A stretch of DNA of 64,000 nucleotides from Octopus sinensis (Eukaryota): positions 27,342,001-27,406,000 of the forward strand of contig NC_043012.1 of NCBI RefSeq assembly GCF_006345805.1, read 5' to 3'. Each line of letters starts with the position of its first letter. The first letter of the stretch is position 1. Below, piece by piece: positions 39,197-51,591 of the stretch. Both the position numbers and the translations under genes were made by a program. The notes under the pieces were generated by a model, which worked only from the letters and a program-made list of their open reading frames with translations, was not told where the DNA came from and searched no databases.

Positions 39197-40827
39197 CTAG
39201 CAGTATCGCCCGGCGTTGCTCGGGTTTGTAAAGGAAATAACTATATAAGCACTTTTAGTAAGTTATAGCAAAAAAATGCATTAAAAATGGAATAAAAAAT
39301 GATGGTAATTTTTTTTTTAAATCGTTGACTCATCGTAGACATTTTTAGAGAGTTACTTCCCTTATGTAATAGCGAAAAAATGCATTAAAATGGAAAAAAT
39401 GATGGTAAATTTTTTTTTAAATCGTAGACTCATCGTAGACGCGCGCTAATACCCAGACGGGCTCGATATGAATCACGACTATAAGATACCCGGTTTTGGT
39501 TAAACTGCACCGCAAAATGTGGGAGTAGTTAGGAATCTAAATCGTAGGAGACAGACACACAACTTCACTTTTATATATAAAGATTTGTGCAACAACTAAA
39601 ACATTCGGTTGTGCAAATTGTTTGCACAGGAAACCTGCCCTGTGTGGCGGTTTTTGCGGGTCTGTTTCAGCTTTTTTAGCGATTTCTGTTTTGGCGACTT
39701 CAAGCCATGAAGTCGTTGTTCTAAAAGAACGCTGGTCTCCTTGACAACGCTTTACGACGTTGATTTCCCTACCCTGCCTTCCCCACAGCTTCACGAGGGA
39801 GGGAAGAAGGGGAGGAGCTACACAGGTACAAGTACGAGCATGAACGCCAACACCGACACAAGAAAAGATTGGAAGAACCCAGACGACAGCTTCAGCCACC
39901 ACGACCATGACCACCACTACCACCATGACCACCACCACCACTACGCCCATGACCATGACCACCACCATCACGAAGACCACCACAACCACCACCACCATCA
40001 TCACCGCCCCCACCACCACCACCACAAACACGACGATCACCATCACGAAGACCACCATGACCACGACCACCACCACCACCACCACGACCATCACCAACAA
40101 CACCACCACGACCACAAACACGACGACCACCACGACCACGACCCCCATCACCACTACCAGCACCACTGCTGCCACTACCACTGCCTCCACCACCATAATA
40201 TGCCTCTGCTCTCTCCTTTTGGCTACTAAATCCATTACCATATTTCACAAGTACCATTGCCATACAATATTGCCTTCAAAAGTTTGTGTTTGGAAAATAT
40301 TTTTTAAGTAAAAGTTATGCAACAACTAAAACATTCGGTTGTGCAAATTCTTTGCACGGGAAACCTTCCCTGTGTGGTGTGTTTCCCGATTTTGTAGAAT
40401 TTGCTTTCAGGCTTTCTTAGCCATTTCTGTTTTGGTGTCTTCAAGCCATGAAGTCGTTGTTCTAAAAGAACGCTGGTCTCCTTGACAACGCTTTACGACG
40501 TTGATTTCCTTACACTCCCTTCCCCACAGCTTCACGAGGGAGGGAAGAAGGGGGAGAAGCAACACAGGTGCAGGAGTGAGCATGGACACCAACTCCACTG
40601 CCATCGACACACGAAAAAATTGGAAGAAATGGAAAAAAATGATGTTAAATTATTTTTAAAATCATAGACTCATCGTAAACGCGCGCTAATACCCAGACGG
40701 GCTCGATATGAATCACGACTATAAGATACCCGAATTTGGTTAAACTGCACCGCGAAATGTGGGAGTAGTTAGGAATCTAAATCGTAGGAGACAGACACTT
40801 ACACAACTTCACTTTTATATATATAGA
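39197..40827 (-). mobile_element. Composite non-autonomous Helitron with two 5' ends and captured sequence
   Basis: TC start at 40827, second TC start near 39583, 3' hairpin CCCGAGCAACGCCGGG plus CTAG at 39197; A|T insertion; duplicated blocks 39380-39583/40630-40827 and 39585-39830/40317-40560. Confidence 0.75.
39895..40196. repeat. Imperfect (ACC/ACG/ATC)n trinucleotide repeat
   Basis: Direct reading; produces poly-Thr, His/Asp, Val and Gly ORFs in different frames. Confidence 0.9.
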
Positions 40828-41289
40828 TTTATCTATTAAGCATAACATAGAATTCTCGCCTGCAGTTTTTGTTATTTAGATGTTCAGTGATGTCATCAAT
40901 ATTTGTAGATAAATGTATTCATTTTTTACATTTCTTTTTCTATGTAGATTTCAAATTGTCAAAAAATATGGAAAGTAAATTAGTTATTCAATCACGTTGA
41001 TCTTGGCTGAATAAATGAATGTCTCGGGTTAAATTTGGTTTGCCATATCTTTTTATTAGCGTTTTTTAACAGGTAAATTTTTTTTCAGATGTTTAGTTAG
41101 AATTTCACCAACATGGATTACTTTGATAATGTTGTGTTGACATAAATTTTCGTAGATATTATGAATTTTAATAAATATTATGTATGTATATGTTAATGCA
41201 ATTGAAATAATTGTTGGATTTTTAAGGTGTGATCTAAAATAACAATATGATTTTCTTTGTACATATTATTATTATACATACATACATAC

Positions 41290-42960
41290 ATCATCATGAT
41301 GATGATCATCATCATCGTTTAACGTCCGTTTTCCGCGCTAGCACGGGTTGGACGGTTCGACCGGGGTCTGGGAAGCCAGGGGCTGCTCCAGGCTCCAGTC
41401 TTATCTGGATGCCCTTCCTAACGCCAACCACTCCGCGAGTGTAGTGGGTGCTTTTTACGTGCCACCTGCACAGGTGCCAGGGGGGGTCCGGCATCGGTCA
41501 CGATCGGTAGGAGCTTTTAACGTGCCAGTGGCACGGAAGCCAGCCAAGGTGGTGCTGGCAACGTTCGGATGGTCTTTTTATGTGCCACCGGCACAGGAGC
41601 CAGTTGCGGCGGCGCTGGCATCGGCCACGTTCGGATGGTGCTTTTTATGTGTCACTGGCACAGGCATCACAACTACTATTTCCATTGATATTTATTTCGA
41701 CGTTCATGTTCATGTACTTGACTCAACAGGTCTCCTCAAGCACAGCGGGACGTTCTGGGATCCGGGGTACTTTGAATGGGCAGGGGCTATGCGGAACTGA
41801 TGCAGGAAGCAGCCCGGGTCTTTGCAGTCACAGCATATCTCCAGAGATCTCGGTCCTTCGCCATTGCCTCAGTGAGGCTCAACGCTCTGAGGTCATGCTT
41901 GACTACCTCATCCCATGTCTTCCTGGGTCTACCTCTCCCCCTGATACCTTCAACTGTTTGGGAGTGGCACTTCTTCAGACATCTCTCCTCATCCATCCAC
42001 AGCACATGACCATACCATCACAAGCGTCTCTCTTGCACACCACATCTGATGCTTCTTATATCCAGCATTTCTCTCAGGGTGCTTACACTCTGTCGTGCGT
42101 GCACACTGACATTACACATCCAGCGGATCATGCTAGCTTCATTTCTTTCAAGTCTACGCATATCCTCTGCAGACACAGCCCATGTTTCACTACCGTGAAG
42201 CATGGCAGTTCGCACACACGCATCATACAATCTACCTTTCGCTCCGAGGGAGAGACCCTTTGTCGCCAGTAGGGGTAGGAGCTTTCTGAACTTCGCCCAG
42301 GCTATTCGTATTCTAGTGGTGATACTATCTGTGCCTCCACCTCCACTACTAACTTGGTCACCCAGGTAGCGGAAACTATCAACTACTTCTAGTTTCTCTC
42401 CCTCGAGTGTGATGGAATCTGTTTTCTGAGTGTCTGTGGTGTCTATTGTCCCTGTGCATCTGCCGCACATGAAAGCTATCTTATCTGTTAATTTCCCTTT
42501 AATGTTGCTGCACCTCTTGTGCATCCATAGCTTACATTGGGTGCATCTTATGGAGTTTCTACCTACACCTTTCCTACAGATCGAGCAGGGCCACCTGCCC
42601 GAGGGGGTGTGTGCTGAGTTCGCCTTTCTGCTTACTATAACTTTGGTCTTTGCTACATTTACTCTAAGGCCCTTTGATTCTAACCCTTGCTTCCACACCC
42701 GAAATTTCTTTTCTAGTTCCAGTAGTGATTCTGCTATGAGAGCCAGGTCATCAGCATAGAGGAGCTCCCAGGGGCATCCTGTTTTGAATTCCTCTGTTAT
42801 TGCCTGGAGGACTATGATGAATAAAAGGGGACTGAGGGCTGAGCCTTGGTGCACACCTACTTCTACCCGGAATTCTTCACTATATTTGTTGCCAATCCTA
42901 ACCTTGCTGACAGCCTCTCTGTATAGAGCCTGTACAGCCCTTATTAGCCATTCGTCAATA
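41290..42960 (-). mobile_element. Young 5'-truncated RTE LINE (best-preserved RT plus PHD-like insert)
   Basis: ORF 42018..42983 open for about 310 aa: GVHQGSALSPLLF, ELLYADD, C4HC3 finger, FRYLG, LHGSETW; (CAT)n tail. Confidence 0.93.
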
Positions 42961-42981
42961 TATTTATATATATATACACAC

Positions 42982-43026
<45 letters not shown>

Positions 43027-43084
43027 TGTGTGTGTGTGTGTGTATATATATATGTATGTATGTATATGAGTGTATTCTTATATT

Positions 43085-43470
43085 CTTTTACTTGTTTCAG
43101 TCATTAGACTGTGGCTATGCTGGCCACCACCTTGAAGAATTTTAGTCAAATAAATGGACCCCAGTAATTTTTATTTTGTTTAAGCCTGGTCCTTCTTCTG
43201 TCAATCTCTTTTGCTGAATCACTGAGTTACGGGAACAGAAACACACCAACACCCGTTCTCAAGTGGTGGTGGGTGACAGACACACAGATATATACATATA
43301 TATACATGACAGCCTTCTTTTAGTTTCCACCAACCAAATCCACTTACAAGGCATTGGTTGGCTCATGGCTATAGTAGAAGACACTTACTCAAGGTGCCAT
43401 GCAGTGGGATTAAACATGGAACCATGCAGTTGGGAAGCAAGCTCCTTATCACACAGCCACTTCTGTGCCT
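43085..43470 (-). mobile_element. tRNA-derived SINE (family of 2090-2490)
   Basis: Reverse-complement similarity to 2090-2490. Confidence 0.75.
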
Positions 43471-43569
43471 GTATATATATATTTATGTGTGTGTATATAC
43501 ACATATATAATAATTATAGTAATAATATTGTTAATAATAATGATAATAATAGTAATAATAATAATAGCA

Positions 43570-43785
43570 AGGTGGCGAGCTGACAGAAACGTTAGCACAC
43601 CGGGCAAAATGCTTAGCGGTATTTCGTCTATCTTTACATTCTCAGTTCAAATTCTGATGAGGTCGACTTTGCCTTTCATCCTTTTGGGATCAATGAATTA
43701 AGTACCAGTTGCATACTGAGGTTGATCTAATTGACTGGCCCCCTCCCCAAAAATTTTGGGCCTTGTGCCTAGAATAGAAAAGAGT
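43570..43785 (+). mobile_element. SINE, second family
   Basis: Shared core with 17295-17500 and 45375-45595. Confidence 0.7.
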
Positions 43786-44309
43786 AATAATAATAGCAGT
43801 AATACACCTGGTTGTAATTTCCCGTTATTAGGTTATTTTTTTAGCTCTAAATGTAGTTTACAAATGTACAATTTGCACTGAAATTGGTAGTTTTAACGAT
43901 ATAGGGTGTTTGATGAATATGGAAAAGTGTATTAATAACCATCTTTCTTTCTTTAAACTTAGAAATAAAGCTAATAGTACTTTTTATATAGTAAGATCTA
44001 GGAATTTAAAGAAAGCAAGAGTAGTAAATGGGATATAGGACAGAGAGTGCAGGGATATAGGACAGAGAGTGCAGTCATATAGAGATAGCAGGTATGTATG
44101 TGAGCTTTGTTCTATGACTTCTTTAAGTACAGAGACAAGAACAACCTAATTAGACTTTATGCTATCATGCATGTACAGCATCACCCGCACATTTCAATAT
44201 TTTTGAAACAATATTATACTCGTCATACTTTGAATTTGATGGTAGAGGTTAGCTTGGGATGTCGTATCTTTCATAACTTACCCTCCAGTGTAGTAAATCA
44301 TAAATTATA

Positions 44310-45126
44310 TTGGACCTAAGAAGCATCAGATGTGGTGTGCAAGAGAGGCGTCTACTCTGGTATGGACATGTAGTAAGAATGGATGAAGATAGTTGTGTGA
44401 AAAAGTGCCACACCCTAGCGGTTGAGGGAACCTGTGGAAGAGGTAGACCCAGGAAAACCTGGGACGAGGTGGTGAAGAACGACCTTCGCTCTTTAGGTCT
44501 CACTGAGGAAATGACCAGAGACCGAGACCTTTGGAAGTATGCTGTGTGCGAGAAGACCCGGCAGGACAAGTGAGGCCATAACCCATGGCCCCTACCTGGG
44601 ACGTAGTCAGTCCATCTGTGCATACCTTCCTTCTTGGGACACATAACTACTCTACTTATGAACACCTGTTGAGGCAAGTGAAAATCAAAAAAAATCAAAA
44701 ATCAAAGAATCAAATCAAAATCGATGAACATCAATGGAATTTGTAGTTTTGTGATACCAGTGCCGGTGGCACATAAGAAAACCATCCAAACGTGGCCGTA
44801 GCCAGTACCACATCGACTGGCCTCCGTGCTGGTGGCACGTAACAAACACCATCCTATCGTGGCTGTGCCAGCTTCGCCTGGCCTCCGTGCCGGTGGCACG
44901 TAAAAAACACCATCCGAGCATGGCCGTTCGCCAGCCTTGTCTGGCACCTGTGTTGGTGGCACATAAAAAGCACCCACTACACTCAGAGTGGTTGGCGTTA
45001 GGAAGGGCATCCAGCTGTAGAAACACTGCCAGATCTGACTGGCCTGGTGCAGCCTTCGGGCTTCCCAGACCCCAATTGAACCATCCAACCCATGCTAGTA
45101 TGGAAAGCGGACGTTAAACGATGATG
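44310..45126 (+). mobile_element. RTE LINE 3' end
   Basis: RRLLWYGHVVRM..GRGRPRKTW..stop, 3' UTR, GGACGTTAAAC(GAT)n. Confidence 0.9.
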
Positions 45127-45374
45127 TTGTGTATTATGTTATACAATGTATTATATATAATATTGCCCTCTGGTAACCCCTGCCAGTTTAGTCTGAATTC
45201 CTCCTATACAGTGATTACACTGTTCTTTCCTTCAATTCTAAGACTTTCTGCCCTATCAGTCACAATAGGTATATTTGTAATGAGTTATCAGATAGTAAGA
45301 CTCCCTTGGGTAAGTCTCACACTCCTTATGAACTATACACTTCTACATACAATAATGCCTGTAATATATTTTAA

Positions 45375-45595
45375 GGGCAGTAAACTGGCAGAATCTGGGT
45401 GAAATGCTTAGCGGTATTTCGTCTGCCATTACATTCTGAGTTCAAATTCCGCCAAGATCAACTTTGCCTTTCATCCTTTTGGTGTCAATTAAATAAGTAC
45501 CAGTTATGCACTGGGGTCAATGTAATCGACTTAATCCTTTTGTCTATCCCTGTTTGTCCCCTCTATTTTTAGCCCCCCGTAGGCAATAAAGAAAA
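45375..45595 (+). mobile_element. SINE, second family
   Basis: Shared core; ends AATAAAGAAAAAAA. Confidence 0.7.
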
Positions 45596-45847
45596 AAATA
45601 TTATATTTTATAAAACCACATCCAATGATATCCTTATCTTAAATTATTTACACCTTGATTTACTTTGTTAGGAATACCTTGAACTATCCTTATTATATAT
45701 TTACCTATTATTGTTTTTATTTTTTGTCTTTAATTTTGATCTCTTATCTTTACATGTTTTTCTTATTAATTTGTTATTGATTTGATTTCTTATCTTCATG
45801 TTCTTTTTATAAATTTTTTATTCTTTATTTTGTATTTTTATCATATA

Positions 45848-46112
45848 CTAGCAGTATCGCCTAGTGTTGCTCGGGTTTGTCTTGACCCTTTAGAATTGAA
45901 ATTTTTGAAAGGCACCTTTTTGATGTAAATAATTTTTGGTGTTAACATGGTCCGATTTCAATTTTTTCTTCTACAGAAGGAAGAGCAAGACTTCTTTTAT
46001 CATACTCTCAATTTTGGTCAACTTGCGCCGCAGCGTCTCGGAGGAGATAGTGTTAGTTGAAGGCTACCAAACCTGGCGCACACAGACAACTTCAGCTTTA
46101 TATAGAGAAAGA
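45848..46112 (-). mobile_element. Short non-autonomous Helitron
   Basis: Same CTAGCAGTATCGCC..GTTGCTCGGG terminus as 25579 and 39197. Confidence 0.7.
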
Positions 46113-46780
46113 TTGTTAGATTTTTACATTTTGCACTCATATTTACCTTCACATATACTGGTGTAACATTCTATGAGTTGCAAAGTATGTTGCAACTTCT
46201 CGCCACAATTACACATAAGATATAACGCAATATGGTACTTATATTTTTTCAGTTATTTATAATTACACTTTATAATTATAATATATTCTTTATATACATA
46301 TATATATACTTCCTCCCACCCACCTCTCCTCTCTTGCTCCGACTCCTACTTCTCTTCTCTCTTTCTCTCATACCCACCTTCCGCTTCCCCCTTTATTGTC
46401 AACCCTCACCCCAACCCTACACATTTCTATTCCACCTTCCCTATCCTTCCCATCCAATCCCTTACACCCTCTCCCACAAACCCCACCTCTACCCTCACCC
46501 TCTGCCTACCCACATACTCTAAACCTAGGCCTAACCTACACCCCCACCTGTGCTTTCCCCACTCTTGCCCCCCACCTCCTAACAACACCACACTACACAT
46601 CACATCACACCTACACACGTCAAGACCACCAGCCCTCTTTCACACGCACATTGATCACCTCTACTTTGTTATCTCCCCTACTTCTTCGCTCTTCTGTGTG
46701 ACCCTTCTGTCCGGCAGTCGCCATGATAGATCGGTAGCCACAACACAGATTTTTTTTTCTCTTTGTTTCTTTCAGTGTTC

Positions 46781-46816
46781 CTTTCTGTAGAAGAGCGTAG
46801 GCTCGAAACATAAAAG
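46781..46816 (+). ncRNA. Variant minimal hammerhead-like motif in a probable PLE terminal fragment (about 46300-46930)
   Basis: CTTT-CTGTAGAA-GAGC[GTAG]GCTC-GAAAC-ATA-AAAG; stems I and II pair; core and cleavage triplet deviate. Confidence 0.6.
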
Positions 46817-47037
46817 ACTTTTTCAATTCCTGAGCGTTATACAAATACATCTGTTTGTTTTCTACACCACCTGTCTTCGTCTTTTGTTTTTTCCGTGAAT
46901 TCTCCCCCCTCTCTTTCTTTCTCTCTCTCTCTCTATATATATGTGTGTGTGTGAGTATTTTTTTTGTGTGTGTATATATATATGTATATGCCATATTTTC
47001 ATACTGTTATATCTCCTTATATAACTGTACACTTTAA

Positions 47038-48113
47038 CCCTTTCGTTACTATATTTCTGACCAAAATACATCCCTTATGTGTTTCAATTAATTTCTAACA
47101 TAATCATAAATTTAGTCTGGTTTCATTAAACAACTATAACTTTTTTATTTATCAATATATCAATCTGATTTTTGGAAGATAATTTAATGAAATGTTCTCA
47201 ACCAATTCTATACTATAATTTTTGTCACAAAGTGACTCTAATTGCAGGTAGATACAGGTAAATTCAACAAAATATAAAATTATTAAAATTTTGTTCAAAC
47301 ATCGCTATAGAAAATGGGTTATTAGCTAATATTCAATTGGGTATACAACAAAATTTTATGATAGAATTTGTTATTCTGAGTAACTTTCTGATACCCATAA
47401 TAATATTTATGGCAAAATAGTCTTAATTTCATTTAAGGTTATGGGAAATCACTAACTATCCTTTCTTTCGTTTTGCTTACATTTAGTGTAACGGTTCGTT
47501 TCCGCCGTAATGATTTCAAATAGGCTCATTCGAAAAAGTAAAAAGAAATAGTCTAAGGCTTTACTCTCCTGGGAAAGTCTGTGGCTTGGTCCAGTTTCTT
47601 CAGAAAAATCACCGAAAGAAACAGTTTTTAAATTTTCACTCCATTCAGGTGCCAATTCGTTTTCTTTATCGCTGTCGGAGCTCTCGAATTCACTGTTTTC
47701 ACTTTCGGAAAATGAAACATCAGATTCATTATCAAATACCATGTGCTTTTTTTTTTTCAGTCATAGAGTTAGATTTATGAAGGTCTTCAGTAGAAAATCC
47801 TTCGAATTCTGACTCGCTGCTTGATATAATGAAATTCGTATCCATTTTTTGTCAGAATTACAAATTTTGAAAACACAATAGGAACAAATTTCGGAAAAAA
47901 ATCTCTCAAAATTGACGGAATTAAAATTACACTTCGATTTTTGTACAAAACTGTAGTTGAACTGTTTACGAAGTATAATACGTGTTTTCATGAATGTACT
48001 AAAGAGATTTGCTCTGATATTCTCATTTAAATATGAATAGGTAAATTCGGGCGGCTTTGGTCACATTAACCAAAATTTTTTCGGCGGTTTCGGGCAGTTT
48101 GGTAACGAAAGGG
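47038..48113 (-). mobile_element. Non-autonomous piggyBac derivative, near-identical to 11388-12430
   Basis: TTAA TSD both sides, TIR CCCTTTCGTTAC, same truncated transposase N-terminus (ORF 47452..47742). Confidence 0.92.
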
Positions 48114-48973
48114 TTAAGACTCTTCATAATTGTTAAAATTTTTTGTATAGTTACATTTTTAAATAAGTTTATCCTCTATAGAACCATTTATTTTATTATT
48201 CTGCCTTTGATCCCTTGTTTTCAATCAATCGAAAATGTCTACCGCTTTCCCAGATAAATTCTGGATGTAAGTTTGGTTCATTGTTTGAATGGTTTTTATC
48301 ATGACCACCTAAAAGTTCTGCTAGAATTAAATATCATGCTTAAATTGGTCTATATATATCCTTCATATCTTTCTTACCTGGTTCTTATATCCCTTTCTAA
48401 ATATTAAAACTTTACTTTTATTATGCAAAATATAATACACAGATTTTACTATACTTTGATTAAATCATTTTTCCCCTCTGTGCCCTTAATGCTCATCTCG
48501 ATCTTATTGTAGCATCCTATGTTTTACTAGTTTTACTAATGGATATTAATAAAAGAGTTTATGTCACCCCTACTTTACCTCTTTTTTGGGGCATTTACCA
48601 CTATCTAATTGACTCCTTCTGAGATTTCTTTCTCTATGGGGTCATGGGAATTTATAGCCATAGGGAATTAAGGTTTGGGAGAACATCTAATAATATATAT
48701 GACCAGCAGCTAGATTTGAACTGTCAACTCCTAGTCATCTTAATTCTCAATATACTAGCTGCATTAGATCTGATGATGATGATAACGAGACATAAAAATT
48801 GGAAATGAATTATAATCTCATGAACCCCACTGTGATCTACTTCGCTAACTCCAAAATTTTAGTTGTTTTCTGCTACAATAGTGGCAGCATAGAATTCTTT
48901 CATTCTCTAGCTCTGAAAAAATATTTGCTAAAAATTATAATAAAATATCCTGTCTGTTGAAAATCTGTATTTT

Positions 48974-49060
48974 TGCAACTGAAGATGGCATTGTATTTCA
49001 AATTGATGTAATGCTTGCATTCTTCAATTAAATGGTGCTGCTTGAAACAGCCCTATTGCA
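48974..49060 (+). ncRNA. Degenerate hammerhead-like motif
   Basis: TGCAA-CTGAAGA..GAAAC-AGCCCTA-TTGCA; stem I pairs, stems II and III decayed. Confidence 0.45.
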
Positions 49061-49114
49061 TTAACACCTTGATATCCTTGTCATTTGATTTTTATACATA
49101 CATACATACATATA

Positions 49115-50665
49115 TGTCTTTTTCTCTAGTTTCAGCTTGGAGCTATGGCCATGCTGATGCACTGCTGTTTTGCAACACTGTTATTACTAAGAGCCTCCTC
49201 TAATATGTGGCATTTGGTGAAGCATAGAGTTTGATATAGCTACCTTCATTTGCACCTCTTGCCGTGAGGTAGGTTCATCTGGGACTCTCGACAGGAAGAG
49301 GTCCAGCTTTGATTTAAAAAACCCTACATCTACTTTGTGCAAGTTCCTCAGACTCTTTGGGAGAATATTAAAAAGTTGTGGGCCCTTGAAACCCAAGCTG
49401 TTGCAGTAACTGGTCCTGAAGCATGATAGCATTGCTGGGAACTTTGGCACTATACAGTGTCGTCCCATTCAGGCATTAGTGTAGCTTTCAATGCCAAAAT
49501 GTGGCACAATTCCTTCCAGGATCTTCCAGATATATATTATTGCATACCTCTCCTGTCTTCTCTCCTGGGAGTAGAATCTTAATTGTTTCAACCTTTCCCA
49601 GTAGCTGAGCTGTTGCAAAGAGGTGATCTTCTTTGTGAATCTTATCTTGATTGCTTCAATGTCCACTGTTAATTTTACACTGGTGGGTGACCATAGCTGT
49701 GAGCAGTAATCCAGGTGGCTGAGGTCGAATGTCCGCCAGAGGACCATTATGTTTTCCTTATTCTGAATGTTCTTAGGATCCATCCAGCCAGTTGGCTACA
49801 CTTTGTAGCCATCCTGGTAATGTGCACTTGGAAAGAGGTATCATCACTCATGCCGATACCCAGGTCCCTCACTGACTTAGGTTCTGGGATTGAAATTCCC
49901 CGTGGACCGGTGTACTCTGTAAGTTTCTTATTCAGTTTTGGATGCTGGTAGCGCAGGACCTGGAATTTTTCAGCATTAAACTGCATATTATTATCCTCAG
50001 CCCATCTGTAGATTGAGTCCAACTCCCGCTGCAGGTGTGCAACATCACTGGGGTTCTGTATTTTCTGCGAGACTTTCGTATCATTTGCATAGCTTGCAAG
50101 TGTGGCTATCCGGGCATATCTGAGAGGGCCACTATAAGAAGCAGCGGTCCCAAGACAGTACCCTGTGGAACACCGCTCACTATTTGTGTGTTCATAGAGG
50201 TGGCTCCATTAGCAGCTACTGCCTGACTCCTATCTTTCAGGAAGTCTTGTAACCACTCTCCAAGTTTTCCAGCTATGCCAAGGTCATGCAGTTTGTGGCA
50301 TATCATACCATGATCCACCTTGTCAAAAGCTTTTGCAAAATCAAGGTATATTACATCCACATTTGATTTGTAGAGTAACTGCCTCAACACCCAGTCATAG
50401 TATTGTAAGAGCTTGGTCAGGCAGCTCCTACCTGGTCGAAAACCATGCTGTTATTTTCTTCAGGGAATGCGATTAGTTTCCCTCTGACTATATGTTCCAC
50501 GAATTTGCTGATGTGTGATGTCAGAGAGATAGGCCTATAGTTTTTGGCATCTGCTCTACTTCCCCCTTTATGTATTGGGCATATTATTCCCCCCTTCAGC
50601 TTGCTTGACAGTTTGCCATTTGTAAGAAAGCTCTGGAAGAGAATCTGGAGGTGTTTTGCCAGGGC
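49115..50665 (-). mobile_element. CR1/L2/Jockey-group LINE, RT and 3' end
   Basis: YLDFAKAFDKVDHG, SGVPQGTVLGPLL, MQFNAEKF, VRDLGI, LDYCSQLWSP, YWERLKQL. Confidence 0.9.
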
Positions 50666-51591
50666 ATATATATATTACATTGAAAAGGAGAATTCAGGTA
50701 GGTTCAACAATTTAAAATAATAATACAACATATACTCAGAATAAAAACCAGTGTATACAAAATATATTAAAATATATTTAATGTATCACTCACTAAAATA
50801 TTGAAAAATATCAAAAATTTACAGATACACAAAAATATAAAAATATAATAGACATATGTGGGTAGAAAAACTATACTGATGTATAAAAATATACTCGTGT
50901 AAAGGTAAATAGAGAAATATTTAAGCATCCAGATGGAAGGCTAAGCTTCCAATGATTATATGGAGGTACTTCAATTTCAAGCTGTTTCAAGGGTACAGTA
51001 ATCCATACAAAGAAAGGATATTTTAGAGTCTCCTTCATCAGGGAGAATGTATTAGTTAAAGATTCACATCTCATATGCTGTCATAATGAGTAAATGGGTG
51101 TTTGGTTTTATAAAGAGCTATGCATGTTAGCAGGAGGAGGAAATATTATAGCAAGAATTGTAGGAAGTAAATTTAGAAAATATGGTAGATTAGAAGCAAG
51201 TAATTATTCACTAAGAAGAAGGAGAGGGAGGGTGCGAAAGTGTATATAAGGTGGAATGTAGCTAATTATAAAGTTTAATGATCAATCTATCCAGACTAAT
51301 GAAAATGCTTAAATGCTGAATGGTATCAATGGTTAGAAGAGTACATAGCATCAGAGAAAATGTTTATAGATTTTTTAATACATAGTTTACAGACGTGTAA
51401 TTGTATTACAGGGAGGGGCTTCTGCTATTATCGACCACAATAATGAATACTGTATATTCTTTAGCTTCAGTTTGTTGTGAATTTATATTTTAAGTTAGTA
51501 AAAGAATCCAAATGAGCCCTATAACAATGCATACAATCAACAGTGCTTCCTATGCAAACCCTTATCCGATGTGTGACAGATGTCTCTACAT

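Larger units (their letters stand above)
34035..41275. repeat. AT-rich foldback / long inverted repeat with internal approx. 180-bp repeat units and nested insertions
   Basis: 34035-34420 is the reverse complement of about 40930-41275; 34420-34640 of about 38945-39160. Confidence 0.8.

Noticed and set aside
39537-40311. His/Asp-rich, poly-Thr, Gly-rich and Val-rich ORFs resembling histidine-rich or mucin-like proteins
   Set aside because: All are alternative frames of one (ACC/ACG)n tract inside a Helitron; no splice or gene context seen
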